A program made the translations under genes and the position numbers. From a virus (lineage: Duplodnaviria > Caudoviricetes), in the IMG/VR virus record IMGVR_UViG_3300028586_000752, positions 1-54,957 of that record: 54,957 bases of DNA; one strand, written 5' to 3'. Below are positions 27,107 through 37,559 of the stretch, one piece after another; positions within the stretch are counted from its first letter, which is position 1, and each line of letters opens with the position of its first letter. The notes beneath the pieces are model-generated. The model ran no database searches. It had not been told where the DNA came from and saw only the letters and a list, made by a program, of their open reading frames with translations.

Positions 27107-27760
27107 ATGAATCGTGGTGAAATGAAGGCATACTTGCGGCGAAAGCTGCAAGACGAAATCCTCGACTACCTGTGGCAAGACGAGGAGCTCGAAGACGCGA
27201 TTCAAGACGCGCAGTGCGAAGCGTCGATTCGCAACAATCTTGTCGTCGATCGGACTTCGCCACTGACCACGTTCGCGACGGTCGACGGGCAGGGCAGCTA
27301 CCCCATCTCGCGGCTGTTCTACAAAATCACTCGCGTTCTCGTCGACGGCCGCCCGTTGCGCATGACGACGCGCCAAGACGTCGAGCGTGAGCACTGCATT
27401 ACGCCACTAAACGGTGTTCCTCGCGCTTGGTTCTTCGACAGCGATTGGTCCATTCACTTCGACCGGCCGACGTCGGACGCGCACCAAGTGCAATTCGAGG
27501 GCTACCGCTACCCCAACGCCATGCTCGCGGACGAAGACGAGTGCGAGATCCCCGACGCCACCGGCTCAATCCATCGCAAGATGCTGCTCTGGGCGATGAA
27601 GCTGCTGAAAGAGAAAGAGGATCTCGAAGTTGAGCGGCAAGGCGATGCGGCCCGCCACGAAGCGGCGTTCGCGCGCGAATTCGGGCCAGCCGTCGACGTC
27701 TACTCCAAGGTGGAGCGGGCGCGTTCGAGCCGGCGTCAAGTCCGTCCGAACATTTGGTAA
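27107..27760 (+). CDS. Head-tail adaptor-like protein
   Basis: MKAYLRRKLQDEILDYLWQDEELEDAIQDAQCE; position in the operon. Confidence 0.65.
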   Translation: MNRGEMKAYLRRKLQDEILDYLWQDEELEDAIQDAQCEASIRNNLVVDRTSPLTTFATVDGQGSYPISRLFYKITRVLVDGRPLRMTTRQDVEREHCITPLNGVPRAWFFDSDWSIHFDRPTSDAHQVQFEGYRYPNAMLADEDECEIPDATGSIHRKMLLWAMKLLKEKEDLEVERQGDAARHEAAFAREFGPAVDVYSKVERARSSRRQVRPNIW

Positions 27761-27772
27761 GCGGGCGGCTCC

Positions 27773-28978
27773 ATGGCGAAGAAAATTCTCACGACGTTCA
27801 AAGGGCTCAACAACACGAGCGACCCGCTTGAACTCGGCAACTCATGGCTGACGACGGCCACGAATCTCAACATCACGAACGCTTGCCGCGTCTCTACCAG
27901 GGATGGGCTCGAAAAGAACCGCGATGGGTTGTTCAGTGGTGCGTTTAGCACCAAGGGCGGCGAGCGCATGTTCGTCGTGAATGCGGGCGTGCTCGAAGAG
28001 CGCGACGCGGCAAGCGGGGCATACCGTCCGCTGGTGGCCGGTCTTTCTTCGTCGCCGATGCGGTGGGCGGAGCTCAACAAGCAGATCTTCTTCAACAACG
28101 GCACCGATGCCGGCATTGTCGATGAGCGTGGCCGCGTGCTCCCTTTGAAATTCGACGCCCCGCCGCCGCCTCGCGTGGAGGTGGGCTCGGGATCGCTGGA
28201 AGCCGGGCTTTACCGCGCTTGCTGCACGTTCTTGCTGGATGATGGTCGTGAGACTGGCTCGGGCGACGTGGTGGAGGTCTACGTGCCCGACGGCGGCTCG
28301 CTGATTTTCAGTGAGATCCCGCAGGCCCAAGGGGCGGATGCGTGCGTCTACATCGCTCCCGCAAATTCGACCGTATTCCAGCTCGCCTTTGAGGGCGTGG
28401 GCACGGCGGCAACGTGGTCGCTTCCGGCAAGCCAACTCGGCATCGAGCTTCAAAGCTTCGCGCTCTCTTCGCTGCCGGACGGGGCGGACGAGATCGTTTT
28501 CTGGCGCGGCAGTCTCTACGCGTCGATGCACTCGCCCGCCGATGGGCTGTCGGTCGTCTGGTTTTCGAAGCCGCTGCAATTCCATTTATTCGATCTGGCG
28601 GCGGACTATGTCGTCGTCAAAGGGCGGGTCAATCAGCTCGTGGCGACGGATGCCGCGTTGGTGATTGGGACGGACTGGCGGGATGGGAATGCGATCTACG
28701 CTTACGCGCTTGGCGATGGCGGCGGCGCGCTGACCGAGCTGGCTTCGTATGGCACAGTCGACGGCCAAAACGCGGTTGCAGATGACGATGGCACAGCGCT
28801 ATTCTTGACTTGTCGCGGGCCTGCTCGTGCGATGCCGTATGAGCTTTTGGCCCCGCAAGTGAGCTTCGCACCAGGGCTGTCGGCTGGCGGAGGGTTCATC
28901 GAGCGGGATGGCGACAAGCGCTACGTGTTCTCAATGATCCCCGGGGGATCGCCGTGGAATGCGTGGCGCGGCAGGTAG
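27773..28978 (+). CDS. Tail nozzle/head-closure-like protein
   Basis: FKGLNN...ATNLNITNACRVSTRDG N-terminus typical of podophage nozzle proteins; beta-rich. Confidence 0.6.
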   Translation: MAKKILTTFKGLNNTSDPLELGNSWLTTATNLNITNACRVSTRDGLEKNRDGLFSGAFSTKGGERMFVVNAGVLEERDAASGAYRPLVAGLSSSPMRWAELNKQIFFNNGTDAGIVDERGRVLPLKFDAPPPPRVEVGSGSLEAGLYRACCTFLLDDGRETGSGDVVEVYVPDGGSLIFSEIPQAQGADACVYIAPANSTVFQLAFEGVGTAATWSLPASQLGIELQSFALSSLPDGADEIVFWRGSLYASMHSPADGLSVVWFSKPLQFHLFDLAADYVVVKGRVNQLVATDAALVIGTDWRDGNAIYAYALGDGGGALTELASYGTVDGQNAVADDDGTALFLTCRGPARAMPYELLAPQVSFAPGLSAGGGFIERDGDKRYVFSMIPGGSPWNAWRGR

Positions 28979-29032
28979 TAAAAAACAGGCCGGCGAGGCC
29001 GCCCAAAAACAATAACAACATCGGGAATCGCA

Positions 29033-29488
29033 ATGATCAAACTCTCCACCGGCCTCGTGAACAACATGCTGGGGCAGCTCGGCTTGAAAGAGGCAATGAA
29101 CGCTGGGTGCGTCGAGATTTATACCGGCGCCCAACCCGCCACCGCCGACGCCGCTCCAACCGGCACGCTGCTCGCAGTCGTGACGAAAGATGCGGGTGCA
29201 TTCAACGCCGGCTCGCCAACCAACGGTCTGACCTATTCCGATCCGGTTGGCTCGACCATCACAAAGTCCTCAGACAACTGGAAATACGTCCCGATTGCCG
29301 CCGGTGTCGCTGGCTGGGCACGCGTTAAAGCGAACGCCGTAGATAACGGTGGCGTGTCGGCGACCGCGCTGCGCATCGACATGTCCGTGGCCTCCGCCGG
29401 TGGCGACATGACGGTGGTGAATCCACAGTTCACTGTCGGCGTGGCCGGCACGATCGATCAGTTCTCGCTGACCTTCCCGATGCAATAA
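29033..29488 (+). CDS. Virion structural protein (paralogue of 44272-44679)
   Basis: EIYTGAQPATADAAPTGTLL...GVAGWAR...GGDMTV. Confidence 0.7.
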   Translation: MIKLSTGLVNNMLGQLGLKEAMNAGCVEIYTGAQPATADAAPTGTLLAVVTKDAGAFNAGSPTNGLTYSDPVGSTITKSSDNWKYVPIAAGVAGWARVKANAVDNGGVSATALRIDMSVASAGGDMTVVNPQFTVGVAGTIDQFSLTFPMQ

Positions 29489-29498
29489 GGGGGCCGCA

Positions 29499-31808
29499 GT
29501 GGCGGACAAGTTTGACGGCCCGGGCGGGCCGGTTCGCCGGCCGCCTGTGAAAATTGTTCTTGCTGGCGAAGAGTGGGTTGCCCCCGCTCTCGCGAAGCTT
29601 AAGGAGTTGAAGAAGCTTGTTGGCGATCGTGGCACCAGGCGTCAATTTTGGCTGCCGGAAGGCGATGGTGGAGTCCAAGTCGAGATGTTTGTCTCGCCGG
29701 CCGTCGACCGGCTCATGATCAACGGCGAGAGCATCGACATTTTGTCGGGCATGACCGACATGAGCTACATCGTCGAAGTGCCAGTCGAGGGGGCGGAGCC
29801 GCCACGGACGCAAGAGGTTCTGCACCGTTTTTACCCAAGCTCGCTGCAAGCCGCGCGGGAGAAGAAGCCCCGGGCGTGGCGCGATGAACCACGGCTGGCG
29901 GTAGAAGCGACGGCGGAGAACACGCGAATTCCGGAAGACACCACCGTGCAAGTCTTCGGGCAGACCGCGAACGTCGCGCCGGCGATGTATACGGGGAAGA
30001 TGTGCAAGGTCGCGAGCCTCGCTATGGGCCTCACGAAAGTCGCGATTCAGTATCAACACTCCTTCTTCTGCACGCACGGCATCTTCACCGCCAAAAGTGG
30101 CGCGCTGTGGCTCATCGAGATCAGCATGGCGAATGGCGTGGTTGCGATGCCGCTGCCGGTCTCGAAGATAAAGCTGCGCGACAAAGTGATGATGGAGGCC
30201 ATCGTCGCCGCTGGCATTCCCGCGCTTCCTACCGGCGTGGCAATCCCCAAAGATCTGGCGGCCGCAATCACCGATGGACGCGTCCTCCGGCTGATGACCG
30301 CGGCCGAGCTTAACAACCGCTTCTACGCTGACCATATCCCCTTCTACGGCGATTGTGGTTGGGCTTTTAGCGAGAGCGGGGCGAACGCGGTGAACACGTC
30401 GTGGAACAATGTCGTGGAGGACGATTACATCCACTCGTATCTCCATCGCATCGACATCATCGAGAGCGACACGGGCCAGCTCGCGGCCGCGCTCACCCTC
30501 GTTTCGAGCGGCATTCTCTTCAACGGCAACAGCGCGACACGCTTTCTCGTCCCGAGCGGCCAGTCGGCTGATCTGCTGACGTTTCAGATGAAGAAAGCGA
30601 ATACGCCTTTTCAAGATCCACCAGGTGAAACGTGGGGCGGCCCGCTGCACGCGTTCTTCGTTGGCGAGGCACTCAAAGTCTACGAGCAGACGGTCTACAA
30701 AGGCGGTCCATCGACGCCCGCAAGCGGTGGGTATTCTCCCTATGACTGTTTTCTCGTAGGCGGATCAATCAATACTGGCTCCGACTTCGGCTACACCCCG
30801 GTTGCGAAGGAGGCTTACATCAGCTCGACGCTCTCGGGCGAGATTGTCCGTGGCGACTCCATCGATTTCTCCGGCCCGGGCATCACGCCACCCCGGAATG
30901 ATCAATCATACGAGCTTGGCACCCACAAAATCGAAGACGTGCCGACTGGGCCTTACTTCGCCGGGCCGAATGCGTTCGCCGGCGGGGGCGGTGCGATCGA
31001 TGGATGGCTCGTTACGCGAGTCTTCACTGTCGTCGCCACCAGTCGCGAGGAAACTGTTCCTGCGGAAGTCGTTCAGAACTGCCTCGTGATCTCCCCAAAG
31101 AACCGGTCTTGCGTTTTCGTTGGCACCACGAAATTTACAGGCGAGCGGCGCACGGTCGAGAGCAAATACTTCCTCGGCTACATGCTCAAGATTGGCGAGG
31201 GCTTTGACGTCTGGACGAACGCGCCAATCTCTCAGCCACCAGGGCAGTTTTATGGTGGGCCGTGGCGGGTCAATTATTCTGGCCAGCTTGCGCAATCCAA
31301 TCCGCAAAACTCATATGCGGCCGACATCTTGGCCGGCAGCTCGTCGATCGACTACTCCATGCAGCAGACGATCAACATCGGCTTTGGCGTGGTCTCCGCA
31401 TCCGTGTTTTTCCCGAAGGGAGGCAATGCCAGCGATCCTTTCAATCTGAACAACGAGATGGCGCTGAGCACGTCTTACGAACCGGTCAGGGATTACAGCA
31501 TCGGGGCTCGCGTAGTTCGGCCGTCGACTCGCGAGGGGACGATGACCGCGCTGAACGGCCCGCTGATCACGTCGTCGATCATCACTGGAGCGACGGAGGA
31601 GACGAAGTTTTCAAGAATTTTCGCGGTCTCCCCGGACGTCAACGGCATCTTTGCGGCCATGTTTTCAAGCCGCTCAGCCTTCCTCGGCTCATCGTTGGCA
31701 AGCAAGAACCAGGGCGATCTCGCGGGCGAGGGGCTCTCAGTCCAGCCTGCGGATGGCGAAGACATGTCCGAGCTCGGCATCCTGCCATCTTGGGTTGGAT
31801 ATTCGTAA
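29499..31808 (+). CDS. Putative tail/virion protein
   Basis: 769-aa ORF in the structural operon, beta-rich C-terminal half. Confidence 0.6.
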   Translation: MADKFDGPGGPVRRPPVKIVLAGEEWVAPALAKLKELKKLVGDRGTRRQFWLPEGDGGVQVEMFVSPAVDRLMINGESIDILSGMTDMSYIVEVPVEGAEPPRTQEVLHRFYPSSLQAAREKKPRAWRDEPRLAVEATAENTRIPEDTTVQVFGQTANVAPAMYTGKMCKVASLAMGLTKVAIQYQHSFFCTHGIFTAKSGALWLIEISMANGVVAMPLPVSKIKLRDKVMMEAIVAAGIPALPTGVAIPKDLAAAITDGRVLRLMTAAELNNRFYADHIPFYGDCGWAFSESGANAVNTSWNNVVEDDYIHSYLHRIDIIESDTGQLAAALTLVSSGILFNGNSATRFLVPSGQSADLLTFQMKKANTPFQDPPGETWGGPLHAFFVGEALKVYEQTVYKGGPSTPASGGYSPYDCFLVGGSINTGSDFGYTPVAKEAYISSTLSGEIVRGDSIDFSGPGITPPRNDQSYELGTHKIEDVPTGPYFAGPNAFAGGGGAIDGWLVTRVFTVVATSREETVPAEVVQNCLVISPKNRSCVFVGTTKFTGERRTVESKYFLGYMLKIGEGFDVWTNAPISQPPGQFYGGPWRVNYSGQLAQSNPQNSYAADILAGSSSIDYSMQQTINIGFGVVSASVFFPKGGNASDPFNLNNEMALSTSYEPVRDYSIGARVVRPSTREGTMTALNGPLITSSIITGATEETKFSRIFAVSPDVNGIFAAMFSSRSAFLGSSLASKNQGDLAGEGLSVQPADGEDMSELGILPSWVGYS

Positions 31809-31849
31809 CTTGTCGGGTAATCTGACTTGATCAAGGCGGCGTAGACCGC

Positions 31850-33838
31850 ATGGAGGCGCGCGTGGACCCGAGTCTTTTGCTGCACTTTGACAGCTTGCTG
31901 ACGAAAGATTCGTCGCTGTCGAACAATACCATCACTGTCTTTGGAGATCCCGCGATCTCCGGCGCCTCGCCAAAATTCGGTGCCGGTAGCGCAAGCTTTG
32001 TTGGCGGCGGCAATGGCGACTATCTGCTCGTCTCCGGGCCAGCGCAGAACATGCCGGCTAATGGCGACTTCTGTGTCGAGATGTTTTTTCGCACGACCAG
32101 CCAGCGAAACTTCGCCACACTCATCTCAAAAAACAATGGCGGTTTCGGCCCTGGATCATGGACGATCTTGCTGACGTCTAATGGCTTCCCGCGGATCTAT
32201 TGGTCTGACGCTAGCACGGGATCGCCCGTGCTGAATAGCTCTACTGGGGGGGCGAATGATGGGGCTTGGCATCATCTCGCTTGGGTTCGTCGCGGTGTAT
32301 TTATGCATCTCTACCTCGACGGCCTCCAAGTTGCAAGCCTCTACATCGAAACCATCTTCACCCAAGTCGATGCCCCGCTGTCCATCGGCAATGATTTAGT
32401 GTTTGCCCCGAGAGGATTTATCGGGAACTTGGATGAGTTGCGAATTACTCTCGGGGACTCAGTCTATGACGGCCGCGGAACCATCATCGTTCCAACGGCA
32501 CCATTTCCGGACCCAGAAGGGGCGGCAACACCGCTGAGTGGCTCATTGATCGCCACTGAGGCGGGCGACTCAATGGTAGCGACTGGCGCACGTGAGGTTG
32601 AGCACACGGCGAGCATGGTCGCTTCTGAGTCTCCCGACGCCATGGCAGGCTCCGGCAGCACGGTCATTGCCTATCGAGGCTCCGCCAACATGGTGGAGGC
32701 TCTTGACACGTTCTGGGCATCGGCCTCGCGGGAATACACGATCGCCTCCTCGATGTCAGTCGCAGAGGAGAGCGACACGCTCGAAGCAAGCGCCGGGGTC
32801 TTCATCCAGGAACGGGCTGTGGTGATGGGCCGGCTTCCGGCGATCACCGGCCGGGCGTCCGCGTCCATCGGTGCCGTGGTCCGCGCGACGCTGCCGATGA
32901 TCGCGGCTCGGGCGGTGGGTGGTGGCTGGGCTTCCGGGCGACTTCCAGCGCTGCGCGGCTCGGCGTCTGGGACCAATCCACAAAGCCTCACGGTCAATGC
33001 CGCGTTGCCGGCAATTCGCGGCTCGGCGACGATCAGCACGCCAAACGTCATCCGCATCCAAGGCAGGCTCCCGTCGATCGTGGGCAAGGCTTCTGGCGGC
33101 GCCGTCGTGGCTGGCAAGCTGCCGATGCTGTCCGGGCGGGCATCCGCGTCCAACGAGAGCTCCATCCGCGTCAGTGGCAAGCTGCCGGCAATCCGGGGAT
33201 CGGCGAGCGCCTCGTCGGAGCCGCAAGGCGCTGTGGTGCGCGCCGTTCTGCCAATGCTTGTGGCGGGCTCCTCTGCCCGTGCTGCGATCGTCCTGCCTCG
33301 ACTCGTAGGCCGTGGCCTCATCTCGAACTGGCCCGAAGTCGCGTTCCAGACCTTCGCGATCAATCTGCAGCACAAGGTCGATCAGGTGCCGCAGCCGGTC
33401 TTTGTCAACGAAGTTACGGCTTACCAGGGCTTTGCGAACGCGCGGCAGATCGTGCGCCACGGCGACAAGCATTTCGTCATCACCGACACCGCGATTTACG
33501 AGCACACCGGCGACACCGACGACGGCCAGCCCATCGCATGGGAGATGCAAACCGCTTTCAGTGATCTTGGGAGCCGCAACAAAAAGCAGGTTCGCTACAT
33601 GTATTTAGCCGCACGCATAGGCGGAGGCTTTACGGGGCAGATTATTCCAGGGGATGACGATCAGCAGAATCAGCCGAACTCCAGCCCACGGTCGCAGAAG
33701 CCGCAAAACGGCCGCATCTTGGGTGGACGCGGCACTCGCTCGCGGTATTATGGATTTGGCGTGGCGAACGCATTGGGTGAGCGCATCGACATCGACGCGA
33801 TCGATATTGAGTTCGACGTAACCGGCCGCGGGCTTTGA
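31850..33838 (+). CDS. LamG/concanavalin-A-like domain tail protein with internal repeats
   Basis: SLLLHFD, KFGAGSASF, DFCVEMF, WHHLAWVRRG, FIGNLDELRIT; then ExxDxxxAxG repeats and VxGxLPxIxGxAS repeats. Confidence 0.8.
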   Translation: MEARVDPSLLLHFDSLLTKDSSLSNNTITVFGDPAISGASPKFGAGSASFVGGGNGDYLLVSGPAQNMPANGDFCVEMFFRTTSQRNFATLISKNNGGFGPGSWTILLTSNGFPRIYWSDASTGSPVLNSSTGGANDGAWHHLAWVRRGVFMHLYLDGLQVASLYIETIFTQVDAPLSIGNDLVFAPRGFIGNLDELRITLGDSVYDGRGTIIVPTAPFPDPEGAATPLSGSLIATEAGDSMVATGAREVEHTASMVASESPDAMAGSGSTVIAYRGSANMVEALDTFWASASREYTIASSMSVAEESDTLEASAGVFIQERAVVMGRLPAITGRASASIGAVVRATLPMIAARAVGGGWASGRLPALRGSASGTNPQSLTVNAALPAIRGSATISTPNVIRIQGRLPSIVGKASGGAVVAGKLPMLSGRASASNESSIRVSGKLPAIRGSASASSEPQGAVVRAVLPMLVAGSSARAAIVLPRLVGRGLISNWPEVAFQTFAINLQHKVDQVPQPVFVNEVTAYQGFANARQIVRHGDKHFVITDTAIYEHTGDTDDGQPIAWEMQTAFSDLGSRNKKQVRYMYLAARIGGGFTGQIIPGDDDQQNQPNSSPRSQKPQNGRILGGRGTRSRYYGFGVANALGERIDIDAIDIEFDVTGRGL

Positions 33839-33867
33839 TCGACAAGAAAAACAAAAAGGGATAAACC

Positions 33868-35769
33868 GTGGCTACTCCGGAACAACTACAGTCGCAGAGC
33901 ATCTCGTGGGCGAACGATCTCGTTACGCAATCGAAAGCTTTGAACGAGGCGGCGCAGCAAGCGATTCAAGCGATCGACACGGGGTCGATCGACTACTCGA
34001 TCCCACTCGCCCAAGCTTTCAAAGAGCCGGATCGCATCACCCGGCCTGAGCTGCATTCCGTGGCGATCGAGACTCCGGACGAGCCTCAGCGCCCCGGCGA
34101 CTTCCAAGAGGTGTCGCCCCTCGATGTGGGAGCTATGCCGATCTTCACCGCGGTTGCCCCCACGCTAACGATGCCATCGACGCCGGCTGGCATTGGCTCG
34201 TTCAACATCGTGGCCCCCGAGATCAATATCGAGGCAAAATTCCCGACGCCGCCGGCCGCCCTCGATAATCCGAACTTCCAAGCTCCTGCGCTTGGGACGT
34301 ATGCCGCCCCGGTCAAACCCGACATCGTGCTGCCGACGTTCGATGATGTCGCCCCAGATGACGACATTCCTGCCCTTGGGGACGTGTCCGCCGCGTTCGT
34401 GAGTGCATACCGTGAGCAAGCGCCGGCGATGATGACGGCGGTGGAGTCGAAGCTCGACGGCTTCATGTCGAAATACAATCCGCAATACCACTCGCAGCTT
34501 GCCAAGATCGAGGGCCAACTCTCGAAGTATCTCGACGGTGGCAGCGCATTGAAGCCGGCGATCGAAAACGCATACTACGAGCGCTCGCGCGACAAGCTGA
34601 GCTCGGAATACCTTCGCAACCTCAACGCAGCCGATGCCGATGCCGCCCGTCGCGGCTTCACGCTGCCACCCGGGGCACTCAACGCGGCCCGCCTCCAGCT
34701 GCGGCGCGACGCTGGCGACAACTTGGCCCGCTCGGCGATCGAGATCGCGACGAGCCAAGCGCAGATGGAGCAGCAGAATCTTCAATTCGCGATCACCACT
34801 TCGAGCCAAATGCGGACATCTTTCTTGCAGATCGGGCTTGGGCATCAAAGCGCAATGATCCAGACGTTGACAATTGCGGTTCAGATGGCCCAAGAGACGG
34901 CCGATCTCATGGTGCAGGGTTACAACTCGGCTCTCGAAGGATTCAAGCTGCGGCTGAACGTCTACCAAGCAAAAGCTGCTGTTTTTGAGACGTTGCTTCG
35001 CGCCGCCCAAACGGGAATCGAGATTTACCGCGCCGAGATTGAGGCGCTCCAAGCCCTGACGAACGTCGACCGCGCGAAAGTTGAGCTCTACACGTCGCAG
35101 CTTCAAGGCTTGCAGACGCTGGCGAATGTCTACAAGACGCAGGTCGACGCCACGGTGGCGAAGGCGGACTTGGAGAAGATCAAGCTTGATGTCTACCGCA
35201 CGCAAGCGGAAGTCTACTCGACCCAAGTGCAGGCGAAGAACGCGGAATGGGGCGCATACACGGCTCAGATCCAAGGCGAGCAAGCAAAGCTCAGCGTCTT
35301 CGAGACGCAAGCTCGGGCATACCAAACCCAGCTCGGCGGCTACTCGGCTCAGATTCAAGCCAAAACCGCGGAGCTCGATGCAACGATCCGCCGCAATGAA
35401 GCGATCACGCGTCAATACGAGGCGGAGACTCGCACGTTCGCTTCGGTCGTGCAGGCACGGGGCGAAGTTGCTCGCAATGATCTCGCAAACCAATCGCTGG
35501 CCGTGCAGGCTTTCCAAGTCGAGGCCGCCGCCGCTGTCGCCGAAGCCCAAAGCCGGGCGAGCTACTATCAAAGCGTCAACCAGGTCGGCATTGAACAGGC
35601 CCGACTCTTCACGCAGCAGAGTCTTGAAAAAGGCAAGATGAAGTTGGAGCAGACGAAAGCTATTGCTGACTCAACCATCTCGCTTGGCCGGACCATCGAG
35701 GGCGCCGCTGGTGCTGCGATGTCGGGCGTGGTCTCGCTGGCGGCGACGACTCTCAACACGAACGGTTGA
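33868..35769 (+). CDS. Internal virion/ejection-like coiled-coil protein
   Basis: Pro-rich N-terminus, AARRGFTLPPG motif, long Ala/Gln/Tyr-periodic helix. Confidence 0.65.
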   Translation: MATPEQLQSQSISWANDLVTQSKALNEAAQQAIQAIDTGSIDYSIPLAQAFKEPDRITRPELHSVAIETPDEPQRPGDFQEVSPLDVGAMPIFTAVAPTLTMPSTPAGIGSFNIVAPEINIEAKFPTPPAALDNPNFQAPALGTYAAPVKPDIVLPTFDDVAPDDDIPALGDVSAAFVSAYREQAPAMMTAVESKLDGFMSKYNPQYHSQLAKIEGQLSKYLDGGSALKPAIENAYYERSRDKLSSEYLRNLNAADADAARRGFTLPPGALNAARLQLRRDAGDNLARSAIEIATSQAQMEQQNLQFAITTSSQMRTSFLQIGLGHQSAMIQTLTIAVQMAQETADLMVQGYNSALEGFKLRLNVYQAKAAVFETLLRAAQTGIEIYRAEIEALQALTNVDRAKVELYTSQLQGLQTLANVYKTQVDATVAKADLEKIKLDVYRTQAEVYSTQVQAKNAEWGAYTAQIQGEQAKLSVFETQARAYQTQLGGYSAQIQAKTAELDATIRRNEAITRQYEAETRTFASVVQARGEVARNDLANQSLAVQAFQVEAAAAVAEAQSRASYYQSVNQVGIEQARLFTQQSLEKGKMKLEQTKAIADSTISLGRTIEGAAGAAMSGVVSLAATTLNTNG

Positions 35770-35874
35770 TGCTGCCGAGCGGGGCCCCTGCACTTGTTGA
35801 GTGTGGTGGTTTTTGCGCATAAGATGATTTTCACAGGCCGAGTCGGCCGCCCAGAAAAATAAAAAGAGGAAGAC

Positions 35875-37473
35875 ATGGCGACTGGAATTGGCGATCTCGG
35901 CCCACGCAAGCGCAAGAACGATCCGCGCGAAGCTTTGAACTTCGCGACCTATGGTCCCGACGGGATGGCTGGCCCCTCGGCAGAAGAGCTTGCTCGCCGA
36001 CGCTCTGAGGCGATCTTCAACGCATCCGCTCCACGCACCGCCGCATCGATCGCCGACTTCAACAAGGCCGCCGCCGGCGCCGGGGAAAGCTTTGACCAGG
36101 GCAACGTGGCCCGCGGCATTGGGCAGACGGCACGCGCTACGTTGGCCGGGGCGGCCGCTCCTGTCGCTGCATACCGCGACGGGGCTTTGACTACGCTGGA
36201 TAGCCTCAAAACGTCCCGCCGGGCGATCTCGGATTTCGCGAGCGATGTCTACAACACGACCACGGGAACCGCCGCCACCGCCGCCGAGCAGCTCTCGCAA
36301 GGTTTCAGTGGGCAAGGACCGGCTCTGTCGTCCGCGAGCGCGGCGCCAAGCCAAACCGAGATTGACGCTTACGCGAAGTCGCGTGGCCTCACTTCCAAGC
36401 CGCCTGCCTCCGCGGCTAAGCCCGCGTCGCTCGCAAGTCTAGCCTCTCCGGCTGCGGCCTCTCCCGCCACACCATCCAAGCCGGCTTCGCTTTCTTCGAT
36501 CCCGAATGCGCCAGCTCCATACGCTCCGATGGCTGACAACCGTGCCGGCGGCCTCGCGTCGGTCAGCCCTGAGCAAGCCGCTCAGCTTGCGAAGTCGGCG
36601 CCGACCATGCCAACCCCCACAATCGGCACCGCTCCGCAGGATCGCCCGACGGTGCGTGGCATTGCCAGCTTTGTCGAGCAGCCGGCCGGCTCCACGTCGT
36701 TGAGTCAGTCGCGGCCCGACGCCCCGGTGGCTCGGCTCGATCGCGGGACGTTTTCCGTCATCGGCGGTAACGAGCCTACCGCGGCGCCGCGCATGCCTCA
36801 GTTCAAGGAACTCAACAGCCGCACGATGTCGCTCGGCGAATACGCTGACGCAAAGGCCTTCAACCGCAACTTGGCGACGTCGCTCGGACTACAAAATCAA
36901 GCGGCACAAACCGCCATCCAAGGTCGGTCGGCCGATGCCCGTGCCCGCATTGATGAACTGGGCGAGCAAACTAGGGCGGCAGCGCTCCCGTCGCAGATCG
37001 CTGAACGGGAGGCGCAAGCTGAATCGAACCGAGCGAACGCGTCGCGGCTGTCGTCCACAGCGCCGCTCGCTCAGCGACGGTCACAGTTGGAGTTGGCTGT
37101 GTTGAACGGGGACGCTGCCGCCGCCCAAAGCCTCAAGAGCTTGGCGGAAGCGAACGTCGGGTCGAAAGACTTTGATTTGTCGCGTCGCACGGCGTTCCAA
37201 AAGGCATATCAAGACGACGTGAAGAGGTTGGCCGATGCAGGCCAGCCAGCTCGAACCGAGCAGATGTATGCAAACTCGCTCTCCGATGAAGATCGCTCGT
37301 CATACGGGAAGCAGAAGGTCGACTTCCCGAAACCATCGGCCTCGATCGTCAGCGACTTGCAGGCACGGTATAAAAAGGCGAACGACGACAAGAACTCGGC
37401 CCTCAAAACCGAGCTGCTGCGCCGTTGGGCGGATACGTTCGGCGAAGACGGCGCGAAGTATTTGTCGAAGTGA
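35875..37473 (+). CDS. Internal virion/ejection-like low-complexity protein
   Basis: GAGG SD; Ala/Ser/Pro-rich; precedes the giant protein. Confidence 0.6.
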   Translation: MATGIGDLGPRKRKNDPREALNFATYGPDGMAGPSAEELARRRSEAIFNASAPRTAASIADFNKAAAGAGESFDQGNVARGIGQTARATLAGAAAPVAAYRDGALTTLDSLKTSRRAISDFASDVYNTTTGTAATAAEQLSQGFSGQGPALSSASAAPSQTEIDAYAKSRGLTSKPPASAAKPASLASLASPAAASPATPSKPASLSSIPNAPAPYAPMADNRAGGLASVSPEQAAQLAKSAPTMPTPTIGTAPQDRPTVRGIASFVEQPAGSTSLSQSRPDAPVARLDRGTFSVIGGNEPTAAPRMPQFKELNSRTMSLGEYADAKAFNRNLATSLGLQNQAAQTAIQGRSADARARIDELGEQTRAAALPSQIAEREAQAESNRANASRLSSTAPLAQRRSQLELAVLNGDAAAAQSLKSLAEANVGSKDFDLSRRTAFQKAYQDDVKRLADAGQPARTEQMYANSLSDEDRSSYGKQKVDFPKPSASIVSDLQARYKKANDDKNSALKTELLRRWADTFGEDGAKYLSK

Positions 37474-37559
37474 TGCCGTCCGTCGGCGGCGTTGCAGACG
37501 TCGCTTTGCGTGGGTAATCTGAACCCATCGCCCCGCTAGAAGGGCGCATAAGGGACGCT

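Noticed and set aside
29499-33838. Diversity-generating retroelement or invertible tail-fibre switch
   Set aside because: No reverse transcriptase, TR/VR pair or invertase was seen.
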